From positions 239,568,001 through 239,632,000 of the forward strand of contig CM126207.1 in the NCBI GenBank assembly GCA_052327205.1: a stretch of 64,000 nucleotides of DNA. Reading direction: 5' to 3'. The stretch comes from Somniosus microcephalus (Eukaryota). Below, piece after piece: positions 49,585 to 60,375 of the stretch. Numbering within the stretch: the first letter of the stretch is position 1; each line of letters starts with the position of its first letter. The notes below the pieces were generated by a model. That model was not told the DNA's origin. It saw only the letters and a program-made list of their open reading frames with translations, and did not search any database. The translations under genes and the position numbers were made by a program.

Positions 49585-51390
49585 TCTCCCCTCACCACTG
49601 CTGGCCTCCTTCTCTCCCTCTCCATTCCTCCCCCACCCTGTTCTCCTCCCCACTCTTGCTCGCACCTCCACCACCTCTCCACCTTTCTCTGCCGTCCTCT
49701 TCCTCACGCCCTTCTCTCCTTCCACGTCTCTCCTCTCCCTGCTCTACCCTCCACTTGTCTCCCTTCCCCATTTCACTCCCTCGCCTTCCTCGCTTGCTTC
49801 CTTACCGTGTTCCCTTCATCATCTTCATCTCCCTGTTCCCTTCATCTCCTCCCTCTCCCCATTTCCCTTTCCCTCCGCCATTAGACGTCTCACCTCCAGT
49901 CTTCCCACCTGCCTTCTATCCCCCACCTCCCTTCTCTCCCTGTGATGAAATATGCCATTCATCAGGCACTGTATTCCCTGTGTTTAGTTTAGTTTCAGTT
50001 TCATTTCCTTACCTGTATTGTATTGTGTGTAGGGCTCCGCCCATACCTGGCCCCTACTGAAGCAAGCCCCAGCGTGTCTCACAGCAGTACAGCAGATCTC
50101 TGGATGAGAGACACTTCTCCAATGTGTATTACTTTCTGAGTTAATAAAAGCCTTGCTTTGCTCCGTTAACGTCGAGTCTCGGATTCATTGAGGCACATCA
50201 CTCCCCCCACCTCCCTTCCCTCCCCCCACCTCCCTTCCCTCCCCCCACCTCCCTTCCCTCCCCCCACCTCCCTTCCCTCTCCATCTACCTTCTCTCCACC
50301 TACCTTCTCTCCACCCCACCTCCCTTCTCTCTCCCCCCCAACCTCCCTTCTCTCCCCCCACCTCCCTTCTCTCCCCCCACCTCCCTTCTCTCCCCCCACC
50401 TCCCTTCTCTCCCCCCCACCTCCCTTCTCTCCCCCCCACCTCCCTTCTCTCTCCCCCCCACCTCCCTTCTCTCTCCCCCCCACCTCCCTTCTCTCCCCCC
50501 ACCTCCCTTCTCTCTCCCCCCCACCGCCCTTCTCTCCCCCCCACCTCCCTTCTCTCTCCCCCACCTCCCTTCTCTCCCCCCACCTCCCTTCTCTCCCCCC
50601 CACCTCCCTTCTCTCCCCCCCACCTCCCTTCTCTCCCCCCACCTCCCTTCTCTCCCCCCACACCTCCCTTCTCTCTCCCCCACACCTCCCTTCTCTCCCC
50701 CCACACCTCCCTTCTCTCTCCCCCCCACCTCCCTTCTCTCTCCCCCACACCTCCCTTCTCTCCCCCCCACACCTCCCTTCTCTCCCCCCACCTCCCTTCT
50801 CTCCCCCCACACCTCCCTTCTCTCCCCCCACACCTCCCTTCTCTCCCCCCACACCTCCCTTCTCTCTCCCCCACACCTCCCTTCTCTCTCCCCCACACCT
50901 CCCTTCTCTCTCCCCCACACCTCCCTTCTCTCCCCCCCACACCTCCCTTCTCTCCCCCCCACACCTCCCTTCTCTACCTCCCCACCTCCCTTCTCTCCCC
51001 CCCCACCTCCCTTCTCTCCCCCCCCACCTCCCTTCTCTCCCCCCCCACCTCCCTTCTCTCCCCCCCACCTCCCTTCTCTCCCCCCCACCTCCCTTCTCTC
51101 CCCCCCACCTCCCTTCTCTCCCCCCTCCCTTCTCTCCTCCCCCCCTCCCTTCTCTCCTCTCCCCCCTTCTCTCCCCCTCCCCTCTCTCCCCCCCTTCTCT
51201 CCCCCCTCCTCTCCCCCCTCCCTTCTCTCCCCCCTCCCTTCTCTCCCCCCTCCCTTCTCTCCCCCCCTCCCTTCTCTCCCCCCTCCCTTCTCTCCCCCCC
51301 TCCCTTCTCTCCCCCCCCTCCCTTCTCTCCTCCCACCTCCCTTCTCTCTTCCCACCTCCCTTCTCTCCTTCCTCCCCACCCCTATCTCTT
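49585..51390. repeat. CT-rich low-complexity tract and minisatellite (unit about ccacctcccttctctcccc), split by a solo LTR
   Basis: Dozens of variable ~18-22 bp units at 50201-51390; older pyrimidine-rich tract at 49585-49940. Confidence 0.95.
49941..50200 (+). mobile_element. Solo LTR (260 bp) in the CT-rich tract
   Basis: TG...CA ends, AATAAA near 50143, flanked by CTCCC on both sides (TSD, though in low-complexity context). Confidence 0.75.
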
Positions 51391-51868
51391 TAATTATCTC
51401 TTCCTACTTCCCCTTCCTTCTACCTGGGTCTAATTTATCTGCTGTCCTATAGCTCTGCTGGACCCAAACATTACACTCCATCTTGACCCCACAAGAGCAA
51501 TGCCATGGGTGATCACCTTGCAATTGTAACATAATTTGGGCTTGTTTCAGTATCGCAGCATGTTAGCTGTAAACATAGGAAAAATGGCTGGGGTAGGATG
51601 CTTGGAACTGTGACGATACTGTCAGGTTTAAGATTTTAAAAAATAGTCCCACATAAACCCTTTTTATCACATTAAATGTTTTGCATATTGTTCTCTGCTG
51701 TCACAGTGTGTGTTACACAAACGAAGTACCACTGCAATGTTTTATTTGTGATAATCTTTCATTGGACATCTGAAACGCTAAATGCTTGTTATGTATATTA
51801 GTTCAACTTCTATCTTTCACTGCCTATCTTAAACTCTGTGGTATGTCATTGGTTATACAAAATATGTG

Positions 51869-52555
51869 GGCCTAGAAATTCACTGGCCTTAGCGCCGCTT
51901 TTGAGGCGCTAGAGGGCCTAGCGCCGAAGTTATGGCCAGTTTAGAAATTGACAGGGGCCCTAAATCGGCGTTAGGCCGGTAGCGCTGCGCCGGCACCGAT
52001 GACGTCATCGGTGTGCGCAGCGTCCCGGTTGCCATGGTAACCCGCCCGAACTCGGAAATTGAGTTGCGGCCGCCTCGCCCGTGGCAGCCGCAAGCAACGT
52101 TCTGGCAGAGGTGCCTTACAGAACTTTGCGCCGGCGCATTAAAGGCCCCGCAGCGGCCGGCCGCTTTCCCGCCGGCCGCCTGGCCGCAGCTCCCTCCCCG
52201 GACTTCCCCCCCCCCCCCCCCCGGAACAGAAGCAAGCCCGGCACTTGTCCGAGGTGCCGGGCTCATTTTTAAAAAGATTATCGCGGGCCGCGGCCGGGTG
52301 CAGGCAGCTCCTCCTTAACGGAAGGAGGAGGCCTGCACTTCCCGAGCCTGCCGCACCGCAGCGGGCGCCGCAGCGCCGGAATAGCGCCGCAATGCGGCGC
52401 GTGGCGCCAGTTTTGAGGCGCTGAGACCCCTCAGTAGCGCCGGCAGCCGTTTGGGCGCGGCGCTACTGAATTTTTGGCGCGCGCAGGGGGACTTAGCGCC
52501 GGCACTAACTTCCGGCGCTAAAGCCCTCGCTGCGCCAAAACCGAATTTCTAGGCC
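51869..52555. mobile_element. CpG-rich Harbinger MITE sharing TIRs with the element at 57557-62024
   Basis: 13-bp perfect TIR ggcctagaaattc / gaatttctaggcc; 3-bp TSD GTG; many TAGCGCC/GGCGCTA motifs. Confidence 0.92.
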
Positions 52556-53537
52556 GTGGTGTTTGAAATAAACATGGATAGTAACAATTAAGAAATCAGA
52601 TACCAAGTTCATATGCTTTCAAAATGACGTGACTTAACCTGGTATTTAGAACATTTTGAAAAGACATCTTGTATAGGTTTGATCTGTTTCTTATTACTTT
52701 ATAATTACAGGGTAAGTAAGTCAACCAAAGAGTTCTTTTCCTCTAATCCTTGTCTTTGATTTTGTTGCAAAAAAAAATGAATATTCAATACACATGAAAG
52801 CAGTGATCCAGAACTCATAATAAAACCTGCACCAGTCCAGATGCTCAAGGAATATTCAAGTCTATAAACAAGGCAGTATGCTATGCACCAATTCAACAGA
52901 CAGATACATAGGGCATACACATATCCACAAATTATTTGATGCAGTTCCAAATACCCATTGAGCTGGTGAATTATCAGAATTAGTCATACCGAAGGAGTGG
53001 TTACTTCCTCCCTAGCTTAAAACACAAAATTGTACTCTTTATTCTCTAAACCAATACAATTGAGAATTGACTAAATAGATGTTGGCTCCAATACACCAAA
53101 TAAAAATGGAAGATTGGAGTCTTGCCATTAGAGAATATTAATCATTTTGAGTAGAACTGTTTCCTGCTCAGTCTTAGAAAAAACCTTCCATAGGTATTGG
53201 CAAGGCTCTGTATTCAGTAAAATATTCTAATTTATATTTATTTCTGTTTCCAGATGGCCTCACCAGATAACCACAATTTGGGGTAAAGGTTTCCATATAA
53301 TCTCAAGTCTTACTTGATGCATGTTAATTTTAGACTTCTTTCATGTAGTTCTGCACTCACAGTCCAAGTTGAAATAACTTCCTATCAGTATTATCCATTT
53401 CACACTTATTAAGATACCCTTTATTAGTTATATAAATGCAAACTACTGAGGATGGTCGAAATCTGAAATAAAAACAGTGAATGCTGGAAATACTCAGTCG
53501 GTCAGGCAGCATCTGTAGAGAGAGAAACAGAGTTAAC

Positions 53538-54251
53538 GGGGTAGAAACTGCAGTCAGAGGAGGCTTGCCGTGGGCAAACGCCTCCGAATCGTAAGAAAAC
53601 TACGCACCTACCTGATTGCTCCGGACCTTCGGACTCTTGCGGTCCTGGGCCTGCATAAAGGCCCACGTATCCCAGGGGCGCATGAGGTTCACAAGCATCC
53701 CTGGGGTCATGTGGGCCAGCCCAACCAATGAGAAAGGGGGTTTCCCATTATGCTTATGGGGATTCCATTTACGTACAGAATCCCAATGAGCATAATAGGA
53801 ATCATCTAAAAAATACATTTTCACACAACCTAAATAAAATAAATTATCACAGGTTCAAAATTAATTAAAATACTATTTATTTAAACATTTAAAATAAAAA
53901 TTTAATTAAAAAAAATTTTTTTTTTTTTTTAAATGGGACAAAAATAACCTAAACTAATTTTAAATGTAAGGGAATATATAAATGATTTAAAAAAATTATT
54001 TTAGCATTTATTTTAACCCTTACATTGGTAAAAGAAGGCCTGTGCCTGCTTTTACCAGGCGGAAGGGTTTGGTGGTTATTCGCTGGGCAGTTGTTGGGCA
54101 AATAGCCCAACTATGTGGCAGCGAATGTCAGTTTCCAGCGGATGCATACAATCTATAAATCAGAAACTTGACGGATCGCAAGTTCTGGGTGTTCTCACAT
54201 GCGGCGGCATATGACAGCGTACGCCTTTGTAGGCCCTGTAAAATCTGGGCC
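53538..54251. mobile_element. Harbinger-type MITE, family A (inverted relative to 11803-12518)
   Basis: Ends ggggtagaaact / aaaatctgggcc; interrupts the palindrome arm at agagttAAC|gtttcagg. Confidence 0.82.
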
Positions 54252-54254
54252 ATT

Positions 54255-54280
54255 GTTTCAGGTCGGTGACCTTTCAACAG
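54255..54280 (-). ncRNA. Degenerate minimal hammerhead-ribozyme-like core
   Basis: Minus strand reads CTGTTGA-A-AGGTC-ACC-GACCT-GAAAC: a CUGAUGA-like box, a 5-bp stem II and the GAAA box. The downstream stem III is interrupted by a MITE. Confidence 0.5.
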
Positions 54281-54282
54281 TT

Positions 54283-54307
54283 CAATGAAAGGTCCTCAAC
54301 CTGAAAC
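54283..54307 (+). ncRNA. Second, more degenerate hammerhead-like core (mirror copy)
   Basis: CAATGA-A-AGGTC-CTC-AACCT-GAAAC; first box mutated, stem II with one mismatch. Confidence 0.4.
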
Positions 54308-54310
54308 ATT

Positions 54311-55140
54311 GGGCTCGAATTTCCAAGCCCCGTGGAGGCGGGTTGGAGGCGGGAGTGGGGGGAAAATTGCAGAATTGGGGGGCACGAACCCTTCCCGCCC
54401 CCAACCCACCTCCATGCCCTTTTCCAAGAGGCGGATACCCGACCTGTGCTGGGAGCTGCCTCCCCGAGGCGGGAAGGGGATTAGTGCCAATTAACTGCCT
54501 GTTAACAGGCAGTTAATGGGCAGTTTTTGGCCTAATCCCTATTTTTAGCCCTGAAGTGTGGGCTGCCCGACGGCTCCAAACCACGCCAAGTTAGCAAGGC
54601 GGACCGTCGGGCTGAAGGGCTTGGAGGGTTTGAGATGTCCGGTGTTCAGGTGAGTGATGAGTGCAGAGGTAAGCATGTTTGGTGTGTGTAAAGTGTTTAA
54701 ATAAGTTTTACTTACCTTTACTTACTAATGCAGGCTTCCTTCCTTCAGGTCTCGGGGTCCCTCATCTCACTGGCACAGAAAGCAGAATGGTCACGAGCTG
54801 TCAAAAGTTGCAGCATTCTGCTTTCTGTTCTGGAGAGATTTCTAACTGAGTCTGTGGAGGACTCAAGTTAGAAGTCAGATTGTCAGTGTTTGACAGCTTC
54901 ACAGAGCTGTCAAACGCTGATATTTCATCTATCAAAATCTCTTGACAGATGAAATGTCAATCCCTGATGTCACCTGTAACCGGGTGTCCCTTAATTGGCC
55001 TGCTGAGCCCGCCCAGCGGGCTCAGCAATGTCAATCAAGGGAAAATTGCGTGGGTTGGCCACAAATCGATGGAGGCGGGACTACAACCCAAAAAGTGGGA
55101 GTCCCGCCTCCATCATGTCCCCATTGACAAAATCCAGCCC
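54311..55140. mobile_element. Harbinger-type MITE (different family)
   Basis: Ends gggctcgaattt / aaaatccagccc; flanks ATT/GTT; ggcggg-rich subtermini similar to 2580-2647. Confidence 0.78.
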
Positions 55141-56513
55141 GTTGACTCTGTCTCTCTCTCCACAGATGCTGCCTGATCTGCTGAGTGTTTCCAGCATTTT
55201 CTGTTTTTTATTTCTTTATTAGTTATGTTGCCCTTTTAACACCCCTGCACATTGCTCATAGTTTTGAATATTTACTTTTCTTACATTGTGCATAAAGCTA
55301 ATGTCTAAAAAAAAGTTAAAATATTGGTATCTTAGTCGGGAGTAAGCATAACTACCTCACCAGTTAATACACTAGAGAGACATTACAGCCACTGTTAGAC
55401 CACCAATGTAATATTTATATTGGAAGTAATTCTATGTAGATCAAGTCAGGGAGAAAAAACTTGCAATGAATAAAAGAATAAGCCAATTGAGAGCTGTCCT
55501 CTGAATAACACATAGTACTTAGCCTAGTTAGTTTATTCCAAAATAACTGAAGTATTCCCACTGAAAATAACTTGGACTACCATTGCAGTGTAACTTTGCT
55601 GCCAATGCTATGTAGACTGGTGTTGGAGAAAGCAAAGAAAGAGGTGTTCTTGCTTCCTTTTCATCGGAACCAGTTGTATTATGTCTGCAGTTGGTGCAAA
55701 GTTTATTTTTAAATGTAGATTTTTCTTAAACTCTCCAAATACTGTAAATTGACTTTCAAAAGACATGTCAGTCCAATCCATTCATCCCAATTAGAAGAAA
55801 TTGAATTGAGTCAAAATCAGAAGCAATGCTCCGTCCACGTGTTTGAAAAGCTCCAGAAGTCTCTCCATTCCTTCCTGGTGGCCTGTGTAACTCGCTAAAA
55901 TACTGTCAGTTTTACATCAGTAGCTACACCCTTAAGACAGTTTGAAAAGTATCTGCATTAAGGAGTTATACAGACAGCAGATGGTTTAAGCTTGTATTTT
56001 GTTCTTGTCTTCTGACATGGACATGGGAAGGGTGCAGTAAGCTGGTTCAAAACTTCTCAGTTGATTGTGCTGGGTTAAGATATGGACACATTGGGGGAGA
56101 AATTCAACTCATGGTTGTCCATTTTGTGTACGCACCTTTTTAAAAAAAAGTTGTGTTAAGTGCATGTTACATTATGTTTAGCATATTGTCATGTTAAGCT
56201 ATCATCATCTCACATTTTGTTGATTTCGGATATATATATGGATGTAGGCTTAAAGAGTTATGGCCTGTTTCCATTTACTGTAATTGTCTCTGATGGTGAT
56301 CTTGTTTATGGCAATTACTGTCTTGACTAAACATTCAGTAAGTTGTAATAGGACAGGAACCAAATTAGAAACATATTTGGCCTAAGTTGGGGCAAAATCT
56401 TCAGGTGGAACTAATTATATGGCAAAGAACAGCAATGAACTATACAAGTACAGTGTACTTGTTTCAGCATGGTGTTTTCTTTTATTTGTTCCTTTTTTTG
56501 TCAGAAACACCAT

Positions 56514-57403
56514 GGGGGAAAAATTAGGTTGGTTTGCGCCTCCCGTTAGTGCCTTAAGAGGGCGCTAATGGGGTGCAAAGCAACGAGCGCCCAGGCGCGG
56601 CGATGTTTGCGTCGCTCGCGAAATTGACCAGACATTTTGCGGCAGCGCTAAACACTACCGCCACGATCTCCTGTGCCCGCAGATCGTGACGTCAGTCGAG
56701 TGTGCAACGCCCCGGTAGCGCCCCGGACCGGATATTGAGTGGCGCCCCCTGCCTTACCGCCTGCCGCTAGCAACAACAGATTATGGGGAGCGTTTTGCAG
56801 TCGGGAAGGGACTGGGGGAGCGTTATTTAAAGGCGACCGCTTCCTGCCTTTTTTTGTCGGCGACATTTTTGCACCACGCATTCTGAGTGAGAGAGAGACG
56901 TCTGGAGATATTCAACGCTGTGTTGAGGAGTTTTGGGTATGAGCAGCACTTTGCAGGTTCATTTTGATTTGATCTTCCTTGCATCGATTTAGAATAGACT
57001 ATGGGGGCTGCACTCTGAGTTCTTTCCCTGGGCCTCTCCATTGTTTTTTCCAGCAGATTTGATGTACAGGTCTCTTCAGGCTGAGATTCAAAGCTGCAAT
57101 GAGCAGGGTGTGGATGGAGAGCAAGATCGACCCTCCCCTTTAAGAACTGACCGGTGCCAGTGTGTCTGTGTTCCATTGCTGACTGACATCACATGAGCTT
57201 TGCCAGCGCTCTGATGTAGCGCCTTGCTCTTCGGTGTTAGCACCTTAAGAGAGGTGTGTAGCACCTGATTTAACGCTCCTATCACCTCCAGGGGCGATAG
57301 AAGCCAAGTTTGCAGTTGGAGGCGATAATTAGCGGCAGGCGTTAAACTTTGCGCCCGGCCGATAATTGCGCCCCAAACGAAGCGATACCCAATTTCTCCC
57401 CCC
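56514..57403. mobile_element. Harbinger-type MITE or deletion derivative
   Basis: Ends gggggaaaaatt / aatttctcccccc; flanks CAT/TAT; CpG-rich subtermini with gcgctaa motifs. Confidence 0.7.
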
Positions 57404-57917
57404 TATGTCCCTCTCTTCTGCTCTTCTGATCCAGCAATTAGTAAAGTCAAAAGCTCTTTTGACATTAATATTGCAGCATGTCATAGTCTTTTCACAACCT
57501 GCTATGTATGTGTATGAGTGTGAGGTGTTTTAGTCAACATTGAGTTTCGAAATTTTGGCCTAGAAATTCATTGTAGCCACTTTTGGGGCGGTAAAGTCGG
57601 GCGGCCGCTAAAGTTTGCGCCCGCCGCCAAATCGAGGCCACTTCTCCGATATTCATTAGCTTTGCCCTAAGAGTTTGCTCGAGCGCTAAAACTGGCGCTG
57701 GACGCCTCTCTTTAGGCGCTAAGCCGGAGGTGCTGAGCGAGAGCACCGAGGCCGGGCGCAGCGCAGGTGCGGCCATCTCGTGATTGACAGCAGACACCCT
57801 GGCGCCGGCCAGCTCTTAAGGGGGAAGGGTCGACTTGGTCTGCTGCCACGCCCTGGATAGTGGAGCCCTCCAGCTAGGCCTGAACACTGCTGCTGGACCC
57901 AAATAGCGCCTGAAGCC

Positions 57918-59915
57918 ATGCAGAAGGCCCGTGAACGAGCGCAGCGCTTCTCAGAGCGTGATCTGAGTGTGCTGGTTGGTGGTGTGGAGAAGAGGCGCCA
58001 TCTTTTGTACCTGGACAATGGCAGGAAGGCGCCGGTCCGCGTCTACCGGAGAGCCTGGAGGCATGTCGCCAGCAAGGTGTCAGCCAACAGCGAGGTCCCC
58101 AGGACCGGTGTCCAATGCCGCAAAAAGTTTAATGACCTCACTCGGATTGTCAGGGTGAGTACCCTTTCCAGTGACCTCCTCATCCTTGCATGTGCACCTC
58201 ACCTTATGGGCAAAGGGACCTGAAAGCCCTAATGGCCAGCCCTCATCCAGCAGCTATGGGACAGGCATGAACATCAATTGCACATTCTGCACTTAACACA
58301 CTGGCCAAGCTATTCCACCATGGGAGGCAGTGCACACAAGATCAGGGCGACACACTGGCCAGGCTATTCCACCATGGGAGGCAGTGTACACAAGATCAGG
58401 GCGACATACTGGCCAGGCTATTCCACCATGGGAGGCAGTGCACACAAGATCAGGGCGACACACTGTACTTAGAGGCCGTCCTTTCTCTTGCAGGCCAAGC
58501 TGGCCAATAATAGGAAGAGCCGGACTGCGACCGGGGGAGGCCGACCCCAGATCCAGCCGCTCACAGAGCTGCAACATCGCGTGGAGCGCATCATGGGTGG
58601 CCGGGTGATTGGCCCCGTTGCATGTGGAGATGCCGACCCTGTTCTGGGCACCAATGGTAAGGACATCACCTTTTGGACCTCTCTCGTCCCATTTGCGCAT
58701 CAGATCTACATCCTTTGCCACTGTCCGACCAATGCGCTGAATGCCACCACTCATGCATCCCTCGCTGACGCCCTCTCCTCACTCTAAAGCTACTCTTGTG
58801 CCTTCCTGCTTTCAGATGGTGAGGAGGAGGTCCCTGAACTTGCCAGTGACAGCCCCTCAGAAGAGGAGGAGGAGGAGGAGGAGCAAGAGGAAGGCGGCCC
58901 ATCAGGGGAACCCTCAGCCGCGGCAACCCATGCGAATGTAGGGGACACGTCTTCCCTGGAGGGGAGCGTGGCAGAAGTGTCGGAGGGGAGGGGAGCTCAT
59001 GGGACCTACGGCCTGCAGAAACGCGGGAGGGGGGTGGAAGCTCAGCGGCCTTCTCCCCAGAGGGGGGAAGGGTCGGAGGGGAGTCCAATTGCTGGGCCCA
59101 GCGGCGTCCAGCAACTCAGGAAGGGTCGGCCAGCTCGGCGGCCTTCTCCCCAGAGGGAGAGTCCGGCCTCCAGTCCGGAGATGGTCTTCGCCGAGGAGAT
59201 GGAACGCCTCGAGGACTTGTCCGCGGACTCGGAGCGCCGGCACACGGAGCTCATGGGGGTAGTGGCACGGTTGCCTGAGGCCATCGAGTCCCTCTCTCGG
59301 AGTGTGACCGACGTCGGGGCCTCACAGGCCATCAGTTTGGCGGAATTCGGGGCAGAGCAGGCAGCGAGTCGGGCGGCATTCGGGGCAGCTCAGGCAGCGA
59401 GTGGGCAGCTGATCAGTGGTGCCGTGCAGTCACTGGGTGCTCTGATGAGGTCACTGAACAGGTCAACACGGGCACTCACTGCTGCCACACTCGCTGTGTC
59501 AGCCAGGCATCGCCAGGGCACCCGGCGCGCTGCAGCAGCACAGCGGTCTGTCCCTCGGCAGATTGGTGCGCATGCTGCAGTGCTGGCCCGGGCGAGTGCC
59601 AGTGTCTCAGGCGACCAGCGAGCGCCTGCCATCCGCCAGCTTGCCCCCATTCCTCCAGCCGCCACTGCCACTACCCCAGTGGAGCTGCCAGGAGCTGCTG
59701 CAGCGACTGATGCTGGCCAGCCACAGCTGCAGCATTCAACAGCCGCCCGCTCGACGGCCAGACCTCGACTAGGCCGACCCCCAAGGGCATCTGCCGTCAC
59801 GACATGTGCCCCTCTGGAGCCTGCCCCCAGCCTTGCAGCAGCCAATGGCTTTACTTTGAGGAGGAGCAGCAGGGCGGGCAGGGGCCACACAAAGATGGCC
59901 AAGGCATCGCCCTAG
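57918..59915 (+). CDS. Harbinger Myb/SANT-like DNA-binding protein; predicted exons 57918-58154, 58494-58656, 58816-59915 (499 aa)
   Basis: RFSERDLSVLV...AWRHVASKVSA...RTGVQCRKKFNDL Myb/SANT-like domain. GT/AG junctions give one open frame (237+163+1100 = 1500 nt). Contains a TGGG motif, an acidic tract and RPRLGRPPR. Confidence 0.88.
58297..58465. repeat. Three 54-bp tandem repeats in intron 1
   Basis: cacactggcca(a/g)gctattccaccatgggaggcagtg(c/t)acacaagatcagggcga units at 58297, 58351, 58405. Confidence 0.92.
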
Positions 59916-59946
59916 CGGGCCAAAAAGTCGAATGTGTGGCCAGTTG

Positions 59947-60112
59947 TGTTTGTTTTTTGAGGCCGAGAATTGGATGTTTGTTTTTTGAGGCCGAGAATTG
60001 AATGTTTGTTTTTTGAGGCCGAGAATTGGATGTTTGTTTTTTGAGGCCGAGAATTGGATGTTTGTTTTTTGAAGGCCGAGGATGTGATGTTTGTTTTTTA
60101 CGAAGGCTGAGG
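59947..60112. repeat. About 28-bp tandem repeats (5-6 copies) between the convergent genes
   Basis: tgtttgttttttgaggccgagaattgga units. Confidence 0.9.
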
Positions 60113-60375
60113 ATGACGGCCATTTTAGTTGCACTGTTTTGTTAATCCTCTCCAGGTTGTGGGAGCGAGTAATGTGTTTGAGTGTTTTTTGGGGGTTTCG
60201 TCTGTTTTTGGTTTTCATGTGGGAAAGGCCCTGAGTTTGTACAATAAAGCATTTTATTTATTAACATTGTCCATGTTTGATCTTTGAAGTGTTTGTTGCC
60301 TTAACCGGCTGAGGGCTTGCGGAGCGGCTGCAGTCATGTTCTTTCATTGGCACAAGCCATTCCCTGACAGGGGGC

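Larger units (their letters stand above)
53460..55214. repeat. Palindromic Penelope-type repeat with a MITE inserted in each arm
   Basis: Left arm gaaataaaaacagtgaatgctggaaatactcag...cagcatctgtagagagagaaacagagttaac is the reverse complement of right arm gttgactctgtctctctctccacagatgctg...ctgagtgtttccagcattttctgttttttatttc. Centre at about 54255-54307. The Penelope assignment is from recall. Confidence 0.8.

Noticed and set aside
50166-51393. Long G/R/E-rich and P/S/L-rich ORFs (300-400 aa) on both strands
   Set aside because: Artefacts of a stop-free CT minisatellite; no domain content.
51869-52555. CpG island as a host gene promoter
   Set aside because: Boundaries coincide exactly with TIRs and the GTG TSD; it is a MITE.
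58297-60112. 54-bp, 28-bp (and 39-bp at 45.2 kb) repeats as possible CRISPR arrays
   Set aside because: Head-to-tail tandem repeats without unique spacers, no cas genes, eukaryotic transposon context.
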